DNA of 64,000 nucleotides, taken from assembly GCF_963921235.1 (NCBI RefSeq), contig NC_086097.1:59770001-59834000 (forward strand), written 5' to 3'. Under the pieces are notes generated by a model. It did no database searches, was not told the DNA's origin, and worked only from the letters and a program-made list of their open reading frames with translations. Positions 62,996 through 64,000 of this stretch are shown in pieces (position 1 is the first letter of the stretch; each line of letters opens with the position of its first letter). Both the position numbers and the translations under genes were made by a program. This DNA is from Mobula hypostoma. Its lineage: Eukaryota.

Positions 62996-63565
62996 GTATG
63001 GGGGTATATGGGGTGTCAGGGAGGGGTAGCACCTCTGGTGGGGGAACATGTCGTGTCCTTTTCAGGGCGGATAGTCCACCTTTGGTCCCCACCTGGCACT
63101 CAGCTGTCACCCGTGGCTCCCCGTAGCTGTTTGCATGCGACAGTGGCCACACTCCGGGCAATGGCTTCGACAAGCTGGCTAAACCAGGTGAGGGTAGCCG
63201 ACGGGTCTCAAACCCTCGGTGAGATAGGGACTTGTCTATACCAGCATGTGAAGACAGACTCCGGCGGATTGAGCGGACGAGACCAATGGAAGGTCCAACG
63301 GTCAAGAAGGCGGTCTCCGCAAGCGTCGTGGAACGTGTAGAGCAAGACAAGACACAGAAGATGTCCTGGTCACCCACTGCGCCTAGTCCCATCTCCAGCC
63401 GTCTAGACTCTGTCTTGCCACTGGATCCAGACGGGAATTGGGAAGAGAGAGTGAGGCTGACGCTGCGCAACTCTCCCTCACTTAAATCCAAATCACGTGC
63501 TAGTCTCGACACCATCATTATGGTGTCGAGGTCCTCATCGACATCAATGATGGACAAACAACAAC
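62996..63565 (+). mobile_element. Non-autonomous RTE-type short retroelement
   Basis: 9-bp TSD ATTGTGGCC (62987-62995, 63566-63574), (CAA)n tail, CpG-rich, no Pol III boxes and no credible ORF; interrupts the CR1 endonuclease motif YDIVA|IIETW. Confidence 0.9.
63010..63191 (+). ncRNA. HDV-like self-cleaving ribozyme candidate
   Basis: P1 63010-63016/63149-63155, P2 63107-63114/63183-63191, P3 63115-63117/63146-63148, L3 UCCCCGU, P1.1 CC/GG, GCAA, P4 hairpin and GGCUAA with catalytic C63179. Confidence 0.75.
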
Positions 63566-64000
63566 ATTGTGGCCATAATTGAGACGTGGCTAAAGGATGC
63601 ATGTCTCTGGGAGCTGAACGTCCAAGGATACACAGTGTATCGGAAGGATAGGCAGGTAGGCAGAGAGGGTGGCATGGCTTTATTGGTAAGAAATGATATT
63701 AAATCTTTAGAAAGAGGTAACATAGGATCGGAAGGTGCAGAATCTTTATGGGTTGAGCTAAGAAATCGCAGGGGTAAAAGGACCCGGATGGCAGTTTTAT
63801 ACAGGCCTCCAAACAGCTGCAGTGATGTGGACTACCAACTACAAAAGCAAATAGAAAAGGCTTGTCAGAAGGGCAGTGTTATGATAATTGTGGGGGATTT
63901 TAACATGTGAGTGGATTGGAAAAATCAGGTCGGCACTGGATCTCAAGAGAGAGAATTTGTAGAACGTCTGCGAGATGGCTTTTTAGAACAGCTTATTGTA

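Larger units (their letters stand above)
61450..64000 (+). mobile_element. CR1 LINE, 5' part (runs off the window)
   Basis: ORF1 from 61731 to 62714 (CxxC...CxxC, GDSIVRG, VGTND; internal stops) and ORF2 endonuclease (YLNA, ETWL, YRPP, GDFN). Confidence 0.95.

Noticed and set aside
62706..63602. 298-aa minus-strand ORF
   Set aside because: Spans the CR1/insert junctions in antisense, is S/L-rich with no motif, and is explained by the GC-rich insert.

Overview
Vertebrate genomic DNA, most likely from a cartilaginous fish (inferred from the repeat content: HE1/V-SINE, abundant CR1, Penelope-like and Rex1 families). The window is dominated by nested, decayed transposable elements and I can support no intact host gene. 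It contains a chromoviral (Tf1/sushi-type) Gypsy element at 1872-7393 whose RT/RNaseH/integrase core is replaced by an intronless fragment of a cellular, BOD1L1-like coding sequence, and whose LTRs carry a self-priming signature and an embedded tRNA-Glu-like cassette. Also present: a second decayed Gypsy element (29600-33505), one near full-length and one partial CR1 LINE (55430-59683, 61450-end) whose ORF1/ORF2 junctions share a U-UUA-AAC slippery heptamer, many Penelope-like fragments with minimal hammerhead ribozyme motifs, and Rex1, L1, I/Nimb-like, SINE, solo-LTR and Tc1 remnants. The strongest novel candidate is a 570-bp non-autonomous RTE-type retroelement (62996-63565, 9-bp TSD) whose 5' end folds as a complete HDV-like ribozyme with an extra hairpin in loop L3. 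A few exon-like blocks in unique sequence are reported at low confidence. Boundaries of old repeats are approximate, and family names come from motif recognition, not database searches.
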